64,000 nt of DNA from an uncultured Flavobacteriales bacterium (GCA_938084135.1 CALKDS010000045.1:287-64286), one strand, 5' to 3'; numbered from the stretch's first letter, positions 27,954-40,857 are shown. Numbers and translations: made by a program. The notes: a model not told the origin generated them from the sequence alone.

Positions 27954-30900
27954 TTATTCCTCAAAATCAACATCTACTGTCTTTCTTGACATCATTTCTT
28001 CATACTCATCTTTGCTTCCCACTACAGAGGTATAGTACTTTTTCAGACCTGTACCTGCAGGAATACGATGACCAACAATCACATTCTCTTTCAATCCCTC
28101 AAGAGTGTCTTGCTTAGCAGCAATTGCCGCTTCATTCAGTACTTTAGTCGTCTCCTGAAAAGATGCAGCGGAAACCCAAGATTTTGTCTGAAGAGACGCC
28201 CGGGTAATACCTTGTAAAATTAGCTTAGCAGTCGCTGGCTCTGCATCTCTTGCCTCCACTGTAGTTTTATCTGATCTCTTCAACAAGGAATTTTCATCCC
28301 GAAGTCTTCTGGAAGATATCTTCATTCCAGCTTTTAGTGAATCGCTCTCTCCAGCATCAACAACAATTTTTCTATCAAAAATTGAATCGTTTTCAGTAAT
28401 AAAATCAATTGTATGCTCCAAATGACCTTCAAGGAAAGATGTATCTCCACCATCGACGATTTCCACTTTACGCATCATCTGTCGCACAATAACTTCAAAA
28501 TGTTTATCGTTGATTTTCACTCCCTGCAAACGATAAACTTCTTGAATTTCATTTACTAAATACTCTTGAACTGCAGTAGGGCCCTGTATAGCAAGTATAT
28601 CTGCAGGCGTAATAGCTCCATCACTCAAAGCAGATCCAGCACGAACAAAATCATTCTCTTGAACCAATATCTGCTTTGATAAATTTATCAAATACTTTCT
28701 TTGCTCACCCGTCTTACTCTCAATGATAATTTCACGATTTCCACGCTTAATTTTTCCATAAGAAACAGTACCATCAATTGCAGCAACTACAGAAGGATTG
28801 GATGGGTTTCTTGCTTCAAATAATTCTGTGACACGAGGAAGACCACCTGTTATATCACCAGCCTTTGCCCCACGTCGAGGGATTTTTACTAATATTTTTC
28901 CTGCTTTTATTTCTTCTGATTCATCAACCATAAGATGCGCACCGACAGGTAAAGTGTAATGCTTTATTTCATTACCTTTTTTATCCATGACTTTTAACAT
29001 CGATACTAATTTCTTGTTTCGATTGTCAGAAATAACCTTGTCTTGGAAACCCGTTTGTTCGTCAATTTCAACTTTATAAGTTACGCCTTGAACAATATCT
29101 TGATATGCAATGGTTCCTGCATGTTCTGAGATAATAACTGCGTTGTACGGGTCCCAAGAGCATATGACATCGTCTTTCTTGACTTTATCTCCACTTTTCA
29201 CAAGTAAGCTTGATCCATAAGGAATATTACCAGTCATGACAGCAATGCCTGTATTTGAATCAACAACCTTCATTTCTCCAGTCCTACCGATAACTATATT
29301 AGCCTTTTTACCGTCACTATTCTCACCCACAACGGTACGAACCTCTTCAAGTTCAACTGTACCGTCAAACTTTGCACTTAGATTACTTATTTCAGAGACA
29401 TTACCAGCGGTTCCACCAACGTGAAAAGTACGCAATGTCAGCTGTGTTCCAGGCTCTCCAATTGATTGCGCTGCTAAAACACCAACAGCCTCTCCTTTTT
29501 GAACAAACTTTGCGGTAGACAAGTTTCGACCATAGCATTTAGCACAAATCCCACGTTTACTCTCACAAGTCAAGGGAGAGCGTACTTCAACAGATTCAAT
29601 TGGCGATTTATCTATTTTGGCAGCCGTAATATCTGAAATCATTTCTCCTGACTCAACATAAGTTTCACCTGTAAGAGGATCAATAACATCCATAAGAGAA
29701 ACACGTCCAGCTATTCTTTCAGATAAAGACTCTACAATTTCTTCATTCTTTCTTAATGCCTGAATCTCGAGACCCCTTAAAGTCCCACAGTCATCTTCAT
29801 TCACGATGACATCCTGAGCAACATCGTGAAGACGACGAGTCAAGTATCCAGCATCTGCCGTTTTTAATGCAGTATCAGCAAGTCCTTTACGAGCACCGTG
29901 AGTTGAAATGAAATATTCTAGAATAGATAGCCCCTCTTTAAAGTTAGATATGATAGGATTTTCAATAATTTCACCGCCACTAGAACCGGATTTTTGAGGT
30001 TTCGCCATCAAACCACGCATTCCGGATAACTGGCGAATCTGTTCTTTTGAACCACGAGCACCAGAATCTAACATCATATATATTGGGTTAAAGCCTTGAC
30101 GATCATTTATTAACTGAGACATGGCTGACTGAGTTAACCGAGCATTTGCATTTGTCCAAACATCAATAACTTGATTATATCTCTCATTATTAGTTATCAG
30201 TCCCATATTGTAGTTAGTCAGTATACCTTCTACTTCAGTATCAGCACCACTAATCAAAGATTCTTTTATCTCGGGAACCATAATGTCCCCTAATGAAAAT
30301 GATAGGCCTCCAAAAAATGCATTTGAGTAACCTAGGTTCTTCATTTCATCTAAAAACTTAGCGGTTCTTGGAACATCTGTTCTGGTTAAAATTCCAGCAA
30401 TAATATCTCTTAAAGCTTTCTTTGTTAAAACCTCATTTATAAATCCAACTCCTTCCGGAACGACTTGGTTAAATAAAACACGACCTACGCTGGTTTCAAT
30501 TACCCTGGAAATGAGGTTACCATCTTCTCCGTCAACCAACGTTCTGACTTTGATATATGCATTTAAATCAACACGCTTTTCATTGTAGGCAATATTCACC
30601 TCTTCAGCTGAGTAAAAAGTCATCCCTTCTCCCTTGACAGGATCTCCAGGTAGATTTCTTTTTGCTTTAGTCATATAATACAATCCTAATACCATATCCT
30701 GAGATGGAACTGTTATCGGTGAACCATTTGCTGGGTTCAATATATTATGAGAGGCAAGCATTAATATCTGAGCTTCTAATATTGCAGCAGGTCCTAATGG
30801 TAAATGGACCGCCATTTGATCACCATCAAAATCTGCATTAAATGCAGTACAAGTAAGTGGGTGCAATTGAATTGCTTTACCCTCTATCATTTTCGGTTGA

Positions 30901-32258
30901 AACGCTTGGATTCCCAATCTATGAAGAGTTGGAGCTCGATTCAGCAGTACTGGGTGCCCCTTCATTACATTCTCTAAAATATCCCAAACGACTGCTTCCC
31001 GATTATCTATAATTTTTTTTGCTGACTTAACGGTCTTAACAATACCTCTTTCAATAAGCTTACGGACAATAAATGGTTTGTACAACTCAGCAGCCATTCC
31101 TTTTGGAAGTCCACATTCATGTAACTTTAAATCTGGTCCAATAACGATAACAGAACGAGCAGAATAATCAACACGTTTTCCTAGTAGATTCTGTCTAAAT
31201 CTACCCTGCTTACCTTTAAGACTATCGCTAAGTGATTTTAATGGACGGTTACTCTCTGTCTTGACAGCACTAGCTTTTCGAGTATTATCAAATAAACTAT
31301 CCACAGACTCTTGAAGCATACGTTTCTCATTACGCAGAATAACCTCTGGAGCCTTGATTTCAAGCAAGCGTTTCAATCGATTATTTCGAATTATCACTCT
31401 ACGATACAAATCATTAAGATCAGATGTAGCAAATCTTCCACCATCTAGAGGTACAAGGGGACGCAATTCTGGAGGTATGATTGGTACAACTTTTATAAGC
31501 ATCCATTCCGGTTTATTTTCCATTCGAGAATTAGCATCACGCATAGACTCAACGACTTGAAGACGTTTCAGTGCTTCTTGTTTGCGCTGCTGAGATGTCT
31601 CTTTGGCAGCTTTATCTCTGAGATCATATGACATTTGATCTAAGTCAAGTCTTTGGATCAGCATCAATAAGGCTTCAGCTCCCATTTTAGCGATGAACTT
31701 AGTGGGATCGGTATCATCTAAGTACATATTTTCCGCAGGGAGTCGATCCAAGGCATCTAAATACTCCTCTTCAGTCAAGAATTGCATGTGAGTAAATTCA
31801 TTACCTTCATCATCCACCGCTGAACCATTTTGAATTACAATATATCTTTCATAATATATTATCATATCCAATTTTTTTGTTGGGATTCCAAGCAGGTAAC
31901 CAATCTTGTTCGGTAATGACCGGAAGTACCAAATATGAGCAACGGGTACAACAAGATTTATGTGACCTATGCGTTCTCGACGCACTTTTTTCTCTGTAAC
32001 CTCAACACCACATCGATCGCAAACAATACCCTTGTATCGAATGCGCTTATACTTTCCACAAGCACATTCAAAATCCTTTACAGGCCCAAAAATACGCTCA
32101 CAAAACAAACCATCACGTTCGGGTTTATGTGTTCTGTAATTAATAGTTTCTGGCTTTAAAACTTCCCCACTTGAACGTTCCAGAAGGAACTCTGGTGATG
32201 CTAATCCAATCGTTATCGATTGAAAGCTGCCGGTTGTATTTGTTTCTGATTTTCTCAT
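27954..32258 (-). CDS. rpoC: DNA-directed RNA polymerase subunit beta'
   Basis: Zn finger CxCGKY...CxxC, catalytic [12 protein letters not shown], 1434 aa. Confidence 0.98.
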   Translation of the reverse strand: MRKSETNTTGSFQSITIGLASPEFLLERSSGEVLKPETINYRTHKPERDGLFCERIFGPVKDFECACGKYKRIRYKGIVCDRCGVEVTEKKVRRERIGHINLVVPVAHIWYFRSLPNKIGYLLGIPTKKLDMIIYYERYIVIQNGSAVDDEGNEFTHMQFLTEEEYLDALDRLPAENMYLDDTDPTKFIAKMGAEALLMLIQRLDLDQMSYDLRDKAAKETSQQRKQEALKRLQVVESMRDANSRMENKPEWMLIKVVPIIPPELRPLVPLDGGRFATSDLNDLYRRVIIRNNRLKRLLEIKAPEVILRNEKRMLQESVDSLFDNTRKASAVKTESNRPLKSLSDSLKGKQGRFRQNLLGKRVDYSARSVIVIGPDLKLHECGLPKGMAAELYKPFIVRKLIERGIVKTVKSAKKIIDNREAVVWDILENVMKGHPVLLNRAPTLHRLGIQAFQPKMIEGKAIQLHPLTCTAFNADFDGDQMAVHLPLGPAAILEAQILMLASHNILNPANGSPITVPSQDMVLGLYYMTKAKRNLPGDPVKGEGMTFYSAEEVNIAYNEKRVDLNAYIKVRTLVDGEDGNLISRVIETSVGRVLFNQVVPEGVGFINEVLTKKALRDIIAGILTRTDVPRTAKFLDEMKNLGYSNAFFGGLSFSLGDIMVPEIKESLISGADTEVEGILTNYNMGLITNNERYNQVIDVWTNANARLTQSAMSQLINDRQGFNPIYMMLDSGARGSKEQIRQLSGMRGLMAKPQKSGSSGGEIIENPIISNFKEGLSILEYFISTHGARKGLADTALKTADAGYLTRRLHDVAQDVIVNEDDCGTLRGLEIQALRKNEEIVESLSERIAGRVSLMDVIDPLTGETYVESGEMISDITAAKIDKSPIESVEVRSPLTCESKRGICAKCYGRNLSTAKFVQKGEAVGVLAAQSIGEPGTQLTLRTFHVGGTAGNVSEISNLSAKFDGTVELEEVRTVVGENSDGKKANIVIGRTGEMKVVDSNTGIAVMTGNIPYGSSLLVKSGDKVKKDDVICSWDPYNAVIISEHAGTIAYQDIVQGVTYKVEIDEQTGFQDKVISDNRNKKLVSMLKVMDKKGNEIKHYTLPVGAHLMVDESEEIKAGKILVKIPRRGAKAGDITGGLPRVTELFEARNPSNPSVVAAIDGTVSYGKIKRGNREIIIESKTGEQRKYLINLSKQILVQENDFVRAGSALSDGAITPADILAIQGPTAVQEYLVNEIQEVYRLQGVKINDKHFEVIVRQMMRKVEIVDGGDTSFLEGHLEHTIDFITENDSIFDRKIVVDAGESDSLKAGMKISSRRLRDENSLLKRSDKTTVEARDAEPATAKLILQGITRASLQTKSWVSAASFQETTKVLNEAAIAAKQDTLEGLKENVIVGHRIPAGTGLKKYYTSVVGSKDEYEEMMSRKTVDVDFEE

Positions 32259-32295
32259 AGCTCTACTATCAGTATGTAATTTTCAATAATTTCAA

Positions 32296-35200
32296 TTAGT
32301 CTAGGTTGACTTTAAGTCCAAGTCCTTGTAATTCGTGAAGTAATACGTTGAAAGACTCAGGAATTCCTGGTTCTGGCATACGATCGCCTTTCACTATAGA
32401 CTCATATGTTTTGGCGCGCCCGATAACATCATCAGACTTCACTGTAAGAATTTCTCTCAAAATATTTGATGCCCCAAATGCTTCTAAAGCCCAAACTTCC
32501 ATTTCACCAAATCTTTGGCCTCCAAACTGCGCTTTACCACCTAACGGCTGCTGCGTAATTAAGGAATATGGCCCTATTGAACGTGCATGCATTTTATCAT
32601 CAACCATATGGCCAAGCTTCAACATGTAAATTACACCCACAGTAGCTTTTTGATCAAAAGCTACTCCTGTACCCCCATCAAATAGTTGTGTATGACCAAA
32701 CGTTGGAATTCCAGCTTGTTCAGTATAACCTGTAATTTCATCTAAAGTAGCTCCGTCAAAAATTGGAGTTGCAAATTTCTCTCCTGTTTTTAGCCCAGCC
32801 CAGCCTAGAACCGTTTCATATATCTGGCCAATGTTCATACGAGAAGGAACGCCCAATGGATTTAAAACAATATCAACTGGAGTTCCATCTGCAAGGAAAG
32901 GCATATCTTCTTCACGAACAATTTTCGCTACAATACCCTTATTACCGTGACGTCCAGCCATTTTATCCCCAACCTTAAGCTTACGCTTTTTCGCAATGAT
33001 AACTTTTGCCATTTTCACAATACCAGCTGGTAATTCATCTCCTACAGAAATAGTGAATTTCTGGCGACGGTAAACACCACCCATATCACTCTCCTTGATC
33101 TTATAATTATGAAGAAGGTTGTCTATTGATTTGTTTCTTGAATCATCTGTAGTCCAAGTTCCACCGGTTAGATGAGTGTAGTCATCTATTCCATTTAAGA
33201 TCTTCAAAGTGAATTTAGTACCTTTTGGAACAATTTCTTCGTTAAGGTCATTGGTAACACCCTGACAGGTTTTTCCCGATACCAGTTTAGCAAGTTTTTC
33301 AATTAAAACCACCCGCAGATCATCAAGCTGAGCATTAAATTGAGTTTCTAAAGATTGAAGCTCTTCTTTGTCGCGAATTCGCTGACGCTTGTCCTTAACG
33401 CTTCGACTAAAAAGCTTCTTATCAATTACAACACCGTGCAATGATGGTGATGCCTTCAAAGAAGCATCTCTCACATCACCTGCCTTATCTCCAAATATTG
33501 CACGCAAAAGTTTCTCTTCTGGAGAAGGATCGCTTTCACCTTTTGGGGTTATTTTTCCAATTAAAATATCTCCAGGATTAACCTCAGCTCCAACTCTAAT
33601 TATACCATTTTCATCAAGATCTTTAGTTGCCTCTTCACTCACATTAGGTATATCAGAAGTTAGCTCTTCCATTCCCAATTTTGTATCTCTAACATCCAAA
33701 GTATACTCATCCATATGAATAGAAGTGAATATATCTTCTCTTACTACTCGTTCATTAATTACAATAGCATCTTCAAAATTGTAACCTTTCCATGGCATAA
33801 ATGACACCAGTAGATTTCGCCCTAAAGCTAATTCTCCACCTTGGGTAGCGTAACCTTCGCACAAAACTTGGCCACGATCAACTCTTTCACCGCTTTTAAC
33901 AATTGGTTTAAGATTAATTGTTGTACTCTGATTTGTTTTTAAAAATTTAGTCAGGGGATAGGACTTTGTTGCAGAGTCAAAACTTACTAGCTCTTCATCA
34001 TCCGTGCGATCGTAATCAATCTGAATTTCTTTGGCATCCACGTACCTTACTACCCCCGGACCCTCAGCATTAATTAAAACGCGAGAATCGTGTGCAACTT
34101 GAAGCTCTAATCCAGTCCCCACAATTGGAGATTCTGGCCTCAAAAGAGGTACCGCTTGCCGCATCATATTTGATCCCATTAGAGCACGATTAGCATCATC
34201 ATGCTCCAAAAATGGAATCAAAGAGGCTGAAATTGATGCAATCTGATTAGGAGCAACATCCATTAGGTCAACCTTTTTCGGATCAACAACAGGAAAATCA
34301 CCTTCATCTCTCGCTTTTACCTTATCGTTGACAAATGTTCCATCCGAATTCAACGGAGCATTTGCTTGAGCAATAACTTTACTCTCTTCCGCATCTGCAG
34401 CAAAATAAACTGGTTCGGTATCTAGCTGAACTCTTCCTTCATCGTCAACGGCTCGGTACGGAGTCTCTATGAATCCCATACTATTTACTTTAGCGTAGAC
34501 ACACAGAGAGGAAATCAAGCCAATATTGGGACCTTCAGGTGTTTCGATGGGGCATAAACGACCGTAATGGGTATAATGGACATCACGAACCTCAAATCCA
34601 GCTCTCTCCCGACTCAGACCTCCAGGCCCTAGAGCAGAAAGACGACGTTTGTGTGTAATCTCTGCTAGTGGATTGGTTTGATCCATAAATTGACTCAACT
34701 GATTGGTCCCAAAAAATGAATTAATCACTGAGCTCAATGTTTTCGCATTGATTAAGTCAACCGGAGTAAATACCTCATTATCTCTTACGTTCATCCTTTC
34801 TCGGATAGTTCTCGCCATTCTGGCAAGACCCACTCCAAATTGATTTGCCATTTGCTCACCAACGGTACGAACTCTTCTATTTGAGAGGTGATCAATATCA
34901 TCAATTTCAGCTTTGGAGTTAATCAATTCAATCAAGTATTTTATGATTGAAATTATATCTTGCTTACTTAATACTTGTTGGTCTTTTTCAATGTCCAAAT
35001 TTAATTTATTATTCAATCGATAGCGTCCAACCTCTCCTAGGCTATATCGTTGTTCAGAGAAAAATAATTTATCAATGATTCCACGTGCCGTTTCTTCATC
35101 GGGTGGTTCGGCATTACGCAACTGTCGGTAAATATGCTCTACTGCCTCGATTTCAGAATTTGTAGGGTCCTTTTGGAGTGTATTATAAATTATTGAGAAT

Positions 35201-36105
35201 TCACCCTCAATAACGTCTTTTTTATGCAATAAAATAGTCAGCACTTCTGCTTCGAGAATCATTGCAACGTGATCTTTCTCGAGTATTGTATCCCGATCAA
35301 GAATTACCTCATTTCTTTCAATTGATACAACTTCACCTGTGTCCTCATCAACAAAATCTTCGATCCAAGTTTTTAAAACTCGAGCAGCTAATTTCCTACC
35401 CACTGTGCGCTTTAAGCCAGCCTTGGAAACTTTGATCTCCTCCGCAAGATCAAATATCTCAAGAATATCCTTATCCCGCTCATAACCAATTGCACGGAAT
35501 AAAGTTGTTACTGGTAATTTCTTTTTTCGATCAATGTATGCGTACATAACATTGTTTATATCTGTAGCGAATTCTATCCAACTACCTTTAAATGGAATCA
35601 CCCTTGCAGAATATAACTTTGTGCCATTAGCGTGGAAACTTTGACCAAAGAAAACACCAGGTGACCTGTGAAGTTGTGAGACGATAACACGCTCCGCTCC
35701 ATTCACAATAAAAGTACCGCGGGGACTCATATATGGAATTGTACCCAGATAAACATCTTGAACGATTGTTTCAAAATCCTCATGCTCCGGATCCGTACAA
35801 TATAATTTTAATCGAGCTTTTAAAGGAACACTAAAGGTCAATCCACGCTCGATACATTCCATTTCACGATACCTTGGAGGATCAACGAAATAATCGATAA
35901 ATTCCAAAACAAACTGATTTCGCGAATCTGATATTGGGAAATTCTCGTTAAACGTTTTAAAAAGGCCCTCATCAGAACGGTTTTCAGGTTTGGTATCGAT
36001 TTGAAAGAAGTCCCTAAATGACTTGATCTGAATATCAAGAAAATCAGGAGTATCTGCCTGAGCGAAGGTGGAGGTGAAGTTAATTCGCGGTTGAACGTGC
36101 GCCAT
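32296..36105 (-). CDS. rpoB: DNA-directed RNA polymerase subunit beta
   Basis: Canonical beta blocks ([24 protein letters not shown]; GRHGNKG; [15 protein letters not shown]), 1269 aa. Confidence 0.98.
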   Translation of the reverse strand: MAHVQPRINFTSTFAQADTPDFLDIQIKSFRDFFQIDTKPENRSDEGLFKTFNENFPISDSRNQFVLEFIDYFVDPPRYREMECIERGLTFSVPLKARLKLYCTDPEHEDFETIVQDVYLGTIPYMSPRGTFIVNGAERVIVSQLHRSPGVFFGQSFHANGTKLYSARVIPFKGSWIEFATDINNVMYAYIDRKKKLPVTTLFRAIGYERDKDILEIFDLAEEIKVSKAGLKRTVGRKLAARVLKTWIEDFVDEDTGEVVSIERNEVILDRDTILEKDHVAMILEAEVLTILLHKKDVIEGEFSIIYNTLQKDPTNSEIEAVEHIYRQLRNAEPPDEETARGIIDKLFFSEQRYSLGEVGRYRLNNKLNLDIEKDQQVLSKQDIISIIKYLIELINSKAEIDDIDHLSNRRVRTVGEQMANQFGVGLARMARTIRERMNVRDNEVFTPVDLINAKTLSSVINSFFGTNQLSQFMDQTNPLAEITHKRRLSALGPGGLSRERAGFEVRDVHYTHYGRLCPIETPEGPNIGLISSLCVYAKVNSMGFIETPYRAVDDEGRVQLDTEPVYFAADAEESKVIAQANAPLNSDGTFVNDKVKARDEGDFPVVDPKKVDLMDVAPNQIASISASLIPFLEHDDANRALMGSNMMRQAVPLLRPESPIVGTGLELQVAHDSRVLINAEGPGVVRYVDAKEIQIDYDRTDDEELVSFDSATKSYPLTKFLKTNQSTTINLKPIVKSGERVDRGQVLCEGYATQGGELALGRNLLVSFMPWKGYNFEDAIVINERVVREDIFTSIHMDEYTLDVRDTKLGMEELTSDIPNVSEEATKDLDENGIIRVGAEVNPGDILIGKITPKGESDPSPEEKLLRAIFGDKAGDVRDASLKASPSLHGVVIDKKLFSRSVKDKRQRIRDKEELQSLETQFNAQLDDLRVVLIEKLAKLVSGKTCQGVTNDLNEEIVPKGTKFTLKILNGIDDYTHLTGGTWTTDDSRNKSIDNLLHNYKIKESDMGGVYRRQKFTISVGDELPAGIVKMAKVIIAKKRKLKVGDKMAGRHGNKGIVAKIVREEDMPFLADGTPVDIVLNPLGVPSRMNIGQIYETVLGWAGLKTGEKFATPIFDGATLDEITGYTEQAGIPTFGHTQLFDGGTGVAFDQKATVGVIYMLKLGHMVDDKMHARSIGPYSLITQQPLGGKAQFGGQRFGEMEVWALEAFGASNILREILTVKSDDVIGRAKTYESIVKGDRMPEPGIPESFNVLLHELQGLGLKVNLD

Positions 36106-36137
36106 AAAACTCGACTATTGATGAATATTAATGAAAT

Positions 36138-36181
36138 AAGAAAAAGTTTAGGACTTAAAACTTGCGTTTTAAGAGCCTAAA
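36138..36181 (-). terminator. rplL-rpoB intergenic hairpin + U-tract (attenuator/partial terminator)
   Basis: Minus strand UUUAGG-CU-CUUAAAAC GCAA GUUUUAAG-U-CCUAAA (14 bp in two helices) followed by CUUUUUCUUAUUU, between the rplL stop and rpoB start. Confidence 0.55.
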
Positions 36182-36201
36182 CCCGAATGCTAATGTTCTA
36201 A

Positions 36202-36579
36202 TTATTTAAGCTCAACTTCAGCTCCAGCTTCCTCAAGTTGCTTCTTGAGAGCATCAGCTTCATCCTTGCTTACGCCTTCCTTAATGGGTGCTGGAGCCGC
36301 ATCTACTGCGTCTTTGGCATCTTTAAGACCAAGGCCTGTTAATTCTTTAACCGCCTTAACTACAGCTAACTTAGAAGGGCCTGAACTCTTCAAGATAACA
36401 TCAAAAGATGATTTTTCTTCAGCAGCGGCTTCTCCGCTAGTAGCTGGTCCTGCAGCAACTGCAACAGCAGCAGCAGCCGGTTCGATACTGTACTCCTCCT
36501 TGAGGTAGTCAGCAAGTTCTTTAACTTCTTTAACTGTCAAATTGACTAAAGAGTCTCCGAGGTTTTTTATGTCAGCCAT
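36202..36579 (-). CDS. rplL: 50S ribosomal protein L7/L12
   Basis: Ala-rich hinge and C-terminal domain ...[24 protein letters not shown]... Confidence 0.97.
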   Translation of the reverse strand: MADIKNLGDSLVNLTVKEVKELADYLKEEYSIEPAAAAVAVAAGPATSGEAAAEEKSSFDVILKSSGPSKLAVVKAVKELTGLGLKDAKDAVDAAPAPIKEGVSKDEADALKKQLEEAGAEVELK

Positions 36580-36632
36580 TTTGGTTGATTTTGAAATTAA
36601 TTTATATAAACTATTAAAATATTGAAGCTGAA

Positions 36633-37157
36633 TTAAGAGTTGCGCTCTTCAAGCGCCTTGATCAATCCGGATATAGTTTGACCACCGCCGGCTTGAATTC
36701 CAGAAATCACATTATTAATTGGGCTCTGCAAGAGCAGGATAACGTCCCCAATGAGTTCATTCTTAGATTTCAAGCTAGTTAACATTTCGAGCTGCTCGTC
36801 GCCAATATATATTGACTCCTCCACATAAGCCCCTTTCAAAAGAGGTTTCTCACTTTTCTTTCTAAATTCTTTTATCAATTTTGCCGGAAGGTTTCCTGCT
36901 TCAGCAATCATGATACTCGAATTACCCTTTAAAACTGATGCGAGCTCGCCGAATTCCTTTGTGGATCGTTCCATCGCCTTATTTAAAAGTGCATTTTTTA
37001 CAACTGTCATTTTTACATCTGCTTTGTGGCAAGCACGACGTAAATCACTTGAGTTTTTCGAATCTAACCCTTCAATATCGGTAATATAAACCGTCGGAGA
37101 CGATTCTAAGATCGATGTTAGACTTTCTATCAGTGTGTTTTTTTCTTCACGTGTCAT
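36633..37157 (-). CDS. rplJ: 50S ribosomal protein L10
   Basis: Position between rplA and rplL, 174 aa, L10-like sequence. Confidence 0.93.
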   Translation of the reverse strand: MTREEKNTLIESLTSILESSPTVYITDIEGLDSKNSSDLRRACHKADVKMTVVKNALLNKAMERSTKEFGELASVLKGNSSIMIAEAGNLPAKLIKEFRKKSEKPLLKGAYVEESIYIGDEQLEMLTSLKSKNELIGDVILLLQSPINNVISGIQAGGGQTISGLIKALEERNS

Positions 37158-37170
37158 AAGGACTCTCTAT

Positions 37171-37860
37171 TTATGCGTTTTTAACTTCAACAGCAATACC
37201 GGGACCCATAGTTGGGCTCAATGTAACACTGCGTATGTATGTTCCTTTTGCAGAAGTTGGTTTCATTTTCACTATTGACGAAATAACCTCATTAGCATTT
37301 TCATGAATTTGGTCGGCCGTAAATGAAACTTTCCCAACCCCGGCATGAATAATTCCATAACGATCAACTTTAAAATCAATCTTACCTGCCTTCACTTCGC
37401 GCACCGCTTTGCCTATATCCATAGTGACAGTACCTGATTTCGGATTAGGCATTAGGCCCCGGGGTCCTAATACTCTTCCCAAGGGGCCAAGCTTACCCAT
37501 AGCTGCTGGAACGGTAATAATTACATCCACATCTGTCCAACCAGATTTAATTTTAGCCAAATATTCATCCATTCCAACAAAGTCAGCACCAGCTTCTTTT
37601 GCTTCTGTCTCTTTATCTGGGGTAACTAAGGCTAAAACGCGAATTGTTTTTCCACTACCATTTGGTAAACTAACAACTCCTCGAACCATTTGATTCGCTT
37701 TTCTCGGATCAACTCCCAATCTTATAGCTAGGTCAACAGAGCCGTCAAATTTACTCGTACTCACCTCCTTGACTAGAGCTGAAGCATCCGTTAAGGTATA
37801 TAACTTACCAGGAGAGAGTTTCTCCTCTGCAGCTTTGCGATTTTTACTCAGTTTTGCCAT
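37171..37860 (-). CDS. rplA: 50S ribosomal protein L1
   Basis: The ORF track extends to 37893, overlapping rplK. The canonical L1 N-terminus MAKLSKNRK starts at ATG 37860, 7 nt after the rplK stop. Confidence 0.95.
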   Translation of the reverse strand: MAKLSKNRKAAEEKLSPGKLYTLTDASALVKEVSTSKFDGSVDLAIRLGVDPRKANQMVRGVVSLPNGSGKTIRVLALVTPDKETEAKEAGADFVGMDEYLAKIKSGWTDVDVIITVPAAMGKLGPLGRVLGPRGLMPNPKSGTVTMDIGKAVREVKAGKIDFKVDRYGIIHAGVGKVSFTADQIHENANEVISSIVKMKPTSAKGTYIRSVTLSPTMGPGIAVEVKNA

Positions 37861-37867
37861 AATCGGA

Positions 37868-38311
37868 TTAATTAAAACTTGGTTTAGAGCCACTTACTGT
37901 TAAACCCATACTTCGAGCAGTTCCAGCAACCATTTCCATAGCAGATGCTGTAGTAAAACAGTTGAGATCAGTCATTTTGTCTTCAGCAATCGTCTGGACT
38001 TGAGCCCAAGAAACTTTACCAACTTTTTCTAAATTTGGCACACCGGAACCACTTTTAAGTTTTGCTGCCTCTAACAATTGGACAGCCACGGGAGGTTGCT
38101 TAACGATAAAATCAAAAGATTTATCAGAATAAACAGTTATTACTACGGGAAGTAATTTTCCAGCTTTTTCCTGTGTTCTAGCATTAAATTGTTTGCAAAA
38201 CTCCATTATATTAACACCCTTAGAACCTAAAGCCGGTCCTACCGGTGGTGATGGGTTAGCTGCGCCACCACGAACTTGAAGTTTCAACAATCCACTAATT
38301 TCTTTTGCCAT
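37868..38311 (-). CDS. rplK: 50S ribosomal protein L11
   Basis: [29 protein letters not shown] is the canonical L11 N-terminus. Confidence 0.97.
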   Translation of the reverse strand: MAKEISGLLKLQVRGGAANPSPPVGPALGSKGVNIMEFCKQFNARTQEKAGKLLPVVITVYSDKSFDFIVKQPPVAVQLLEAAKLKSGSGVPNLEKVGKVSWAQVQTIAEDKMTDLNCFTTASAMEMVAGTARSMGLTVSGSKPSFN

Positions 38312-38317
38312 TTTTTA

Positions 38318-38875
38318 TTAATTTTCTTTTTCTACTTGCATAAAACTCAATTCGAGAGGTGTCCGACGTCCAAATATTTTAACCATGACTTCCAACTTAC
38401 GTTTATCTTCCATGATTTTCTCGATTGAACCAATGAAATCTCTAAAGGGTCCATCGATAACTTTTACTGACTCACCAATGACAAAAGGAATAGTCACATG
38501 CTCAGCAGACTCTGCTAATTCATCAACTTTACCTAGCATTCGATTTACTTCAGCTGAACGTAAAGGGGTTGGTTTTCCTCCTTTAGTCTCACTTAAAAAG
38601 CCAATAACATTAGTTACATTTTTCAAAGTGTGAGCAAATTCGCCTGTCAGGTTTGCTTCTATCATTATATATCCTGGGAAGAAATTTCTTTCCTTAAGAA
38701 CTTTTTTACCATTTCGTATCTGGTATACTTTTTCAGTAGGTATTAAAACTTGACCCAATAAATCCGTCATTCCAGTTCTCGCCATCTCTGTTTCAATGTA
38801 ATGTTTGGTTTTCGTCTCCTTTCCACTAATTGCTCTAAGAGCATACCATTTCATTTCTTTAGTCTCTGTACCCAT
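38318..38875 (-). CDS. nusG: Transcription termination/antitermination factor NusG
   Basis: NGN domain (KWYALRAISGKE...) and KOW (GESVKVIDGPFRDFIGSI). secE-nusG-rplK synteny. Confidence 0.95.
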   Translation of the reverse strand: MGTETKEMKWYALRAISGKETKTKHYIETEMARTGMTDLLGQVLIPTEKVYQIRNGKKVLKERNFFPGYIMIEANLTGEFAHTLKNVTNVIGFLSETKGGKPTPLRSAEVNRMLGKVDELAESAEHVTIPFVIGESVKVIDGPFRDFIGSIEKIMEDKRKLEVMVKIFGRRTPLELSFMQVEKEN

Positions 38876-38878
38876 GAT

Positions 38879-39073
38879 TTAAGCAAAAAGAGTATATATG
38901 AAATCCAAGACTTGGGTAATTACTTTATCCATGACAAAAATAGCCAAAGCAAAAACTAAAGAACCAACAATTACAACAATCGTGCTTCTCTGAAGACTCA
39001 TCCAGGAAGGCCAAGTTGCACGCTGCACAAACTCAACATATGATTCTTTGATGTATTTGCTTATAGTTTCCAT
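38879..39073 (-). CDS. secE: Preprotein translocase subunit SecE
   Basis: 64 aa with a single C-terminal TM helix. Position between tRNA-Trp and nusG. Confidence 0.85.
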   Translation of the reverse strand: METISKYIKESYVEFVQRATWPSWMSLQRSTIVVIVGSLVFALAIFVMDKVITQVLDFIYTLFA

Positions 39074-39099
39074 CAGTTTTTTTTATTAAACATTTTTAG

Positions 39100-39170
39100 C
39101 ACGGGTGGAGAGATTCGAACTCCCATCAATGGTTTTGGAGACCACTATTCTACCCTTGAACTACACCCGT
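39100..39170 (-). tRNA. tRNA-Trp (anticodon CCA)
   Basis: Manual fold: acceptor ACGGGTG/CACCCGT, anticodon stem GTGGT/ACCAT with loop CTCCAAA, T arm GGGAG-TTCGAAT-CTCTC. CCA end not encoded. Confidence 0.9.
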
Positions 39171-39174
39171 ATGG

Positions 39175-39213
39175 TGGATATAAAATCCAAGAAAAACCTG
39201 AATTTTATATCCA
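39175..39213 (-). other. Perfect 12-bp stem hairpin between tuf and tRNA-Trp (possible processing or partial-termination structure)
   Basis: TGGATATAAAAT ... ATTTTATATCCA inverted repeat with a 15-nt loop, ending 4 nt before the tRNA-Trp 5' end. No U-tract follows on the transcribed strand. Confidence 0.4.
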
Positions 39214-39230
39214 TTTCCGGTGTTTGAATA

Positions 39231-40418
39231 TTACCCTAATATTTCAGTTACCTGACCAGCACCGACAGTACGACCTCCTTCTCGAATTGCGAAACGAAGA
39301 CCCTTACTTACAGCAACTGGGGCAATTAGATTTACCTCAATTGTTAAATTATCACCTGGCATTACCATCTCAACACCATCGCCAAGCATGATTTCACCTG
39401 TAACGTCAGTAGTGCGTAAGTAGAACTGCGGACGATACTTATTGTGGAAAGGAGTGTGACGGCCACCCTCTTCTTTCTTCAAAATATAGACTTCAGCCTT
39501 GAACTTACTAGCTGGTTTTTGAGATCCAGGCTTACATATAACCATACCACGCCGAATATCTGATTTCTCAATACCACGCAATAACAAACCAACATTATCA
39601 CCTGCTTCACCGCGGTCTAGAATTTTACGAAACATCTCTACCCCAGTGATAGTAGATGAAAGTTTCTCATCTCCATATCCAATAATATCAACAACATCAC
39701 CTGTTAGACCAACTCCAGTTTCAATTCGACCCGTCGCGACAGTACCACGACCAGTTATGGTAAATACATCTTCAACTGGCATCAAAAAGTCTTTATCTAT
39801 TTCGCGAGTTGGTTCTTCGATGTAAGAATCACATGCTTCCATTAATTCCATAATTTTCCCAACCCAAGATTCTTCTCCGTTCAAACCACCTAAAGCAGAA
39901 CCTTGAATCACTGGAGTGTTATCTCCATCGTATTTGTAGAAAGACAATAAATCACGGATTTCCATCTCGACTAATTCAAGAAGTTCTTCGTCATCAACCA
40001 TGTCAACCTTATTCATGAAAACAACAACTCTTGGCACTCCAACTTGACGCGCTAAAAGAATGTGCTCTCTTGTTTGAGGCATGGGCCCATCGGTCGAAGC
40101 AACAACCAATATTGCTCCATCCATTTGAGCGGCTCCTGTTACCATGTTTTTTACATAGTCAGCGTGCCCTGGACAGTCGACGTGAGCATAGTGGCGATTG
40201 GCCGTCTCATACTCAACGTGTGCAGTGTTGATAGTTATTCCACGTTCCTTCTCCTCGGGCGCTGAATCGATTGAATCGAAACTGCGCAGAGCAGATAGGC
40301 CTGCATTTGCTAGAACCGTAGTTATAGCAGCAGTTAAAGTTGTTTTACCATGATCAACGTGACCGATGGTACCAATATTAAGGTGCGGCTTGTTCCGCAC
40401 GAAATTCTCCTTAGCCAT
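39231..40418 (-). CDS. tuf: Elongation factor Tu
   Basis: [28 protein letters not shown]... starts at ATG 40418. The ORF-track extension to 40616 only reads through the upstream tRNA genes. Confidence 0.98.
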   Translation of the reverse strand: MAKENFVRNKPHLNIGTIGHVDHGKTTLTAAITTVLANAGLSALRSFDSIDSAPEEKERGITINTAHVEYETANRHYAHVDCPGHADYVKNMVTGAAQMDGAILVVASTDGPMPQTREHILLARQVGVPRVVVFMNKVDMVDDEELLELVEMEIRDLLSFYKYDGDNTPVIQGSALGGLNGEESWVGKIMELMEACDSYIEEPTREIDKDFLMPVEDVFTITGRGTVATGRIETGVGLTGDVVDIIGYGDEKLSSTITGVEMFRKILDRGEAGDNVGLLLRGIEKSDIRRGMVICKPGSQKPASKFKAEVYILKKEEGGRHTPFHNKYRPQFYLRTTDVTGEIMLGDGVEMVMPGDNLTIEVNLIAPVAVSKGLRFAIREGGRTVGAGQVTEILG

Positions 40419-40474
40419 GATATTTATTTTATTAATTGAAATTGAACCAAAAGAAAAAAAAGAAACTGTTTTCG

Positions 40475-40546
40475 AGCCAATGACGGGAATTGAACCCGTG
40501 ACCTCTTCCTTACCAAGGAAACGCTCTACCCCTGAGCTACATCGGC
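40475..40546 (-). tRNA. tRNA-Thr (anticodon GGT)
   Basis: Manual fold: GCCGATG...CATTGGC acceptor, anticodon loop TTGGTAA, T loop TTCAATT. Confidence 0.9.
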
Positions 40547-40558
40547 TGATGTGTCTTG

Positions 40559-40631
40559 AGCGGAAGACGAGATTCGAACTCGCGACCCTCAGCTTGGAAG
40601 GCTGATGCTCTACCAACTGAGCTACTTCCGC
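40559..40631 (-). tRNA. tRNA-Gly (anticodon TCC)
   Basis: Manual fold: GCGGAAG...CTTCCGC acceptor, anticodon stem TCAGC/GCTGA with loop CTTCCAA, T loop TTCGAAT. Confidence 0.9.
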
Positions 40632-40649
40632 TTAAAAATATAAACGCTG

Positions 40650-40731
40650 TGGGAGTGGATGGACTCGAACCATCGATACCGTAAGGTGACAGATTTACAG
40701 TCTGCTGCAATAGCCACTATGCGACACTCCC
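40650..40731 (-). tRNA. tRNA-Tyr (anticodon GTA), long variable arm
   Basis: Manual fold: GGGAGTG...CACTCCC acceptor, anticodon loop CTGTAAA, ~14-nt variable arm, T loop TTCGAGT. Confidence 0.9.
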
Positions 40732-40784
40732 AATTATTTATTTTTTGCCAAAAAAAGCATTAACGCACTTCAAAAAAATGAATG

Positions 40785-40857
40785 AGCCTCCAGACGGACT
40801 TGAACCGCCGACCTACTGATTACAAATCAGTGGCTCTACCAACTGAGCTATGGAGGC
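40785..40857 (-). tRNA. tRNA-Thr (anticodon TGT)
   Basis: Manual fold: GCCTCCA...TGGAGGC acceptor, anticodon stem ACTGA/TCAGT with loop TTTGTAA, T loop TTCAAGT. Confidence 0.9.

Noticed and set aside
36245-36508. 87-aa Ala-rich plus-strand ORF antisense to rplL
   Set aside because: A mirror-frame artefact of the GCN-rich rplL hinge. rplL on the minus strand is unambiguous.
37861-37893. rplA ORF extension overlapping the rplK 3' end
   Set aside because: The canonical L1 N-terminus MAKLSKNRK begins at 37860. The extension ([11 protein letters not shown]) has no L1 counterpart and would overlap rplK.
40366-40605. 79-aa plus-strand ORF across the tRNA cluster
   Set aside because: It lies antisense to tuf's 5' end and two tRNA genes. 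No coding signal; an artefact of an open frame over structured RNA genes.
40419-40616. 66-codon N-terminal extension of the tuf ORF (track 39231..40616, 461 aa)
   Set aside because: The extension is just a read-through translation of tRNA-Thr(GGT) and tRNA-Gly genes (typical ...VASSNLV.../...GSIPV... tRNA-derived peptides). Canonical EF-Tu starts at MAKENF, ATG 40418.
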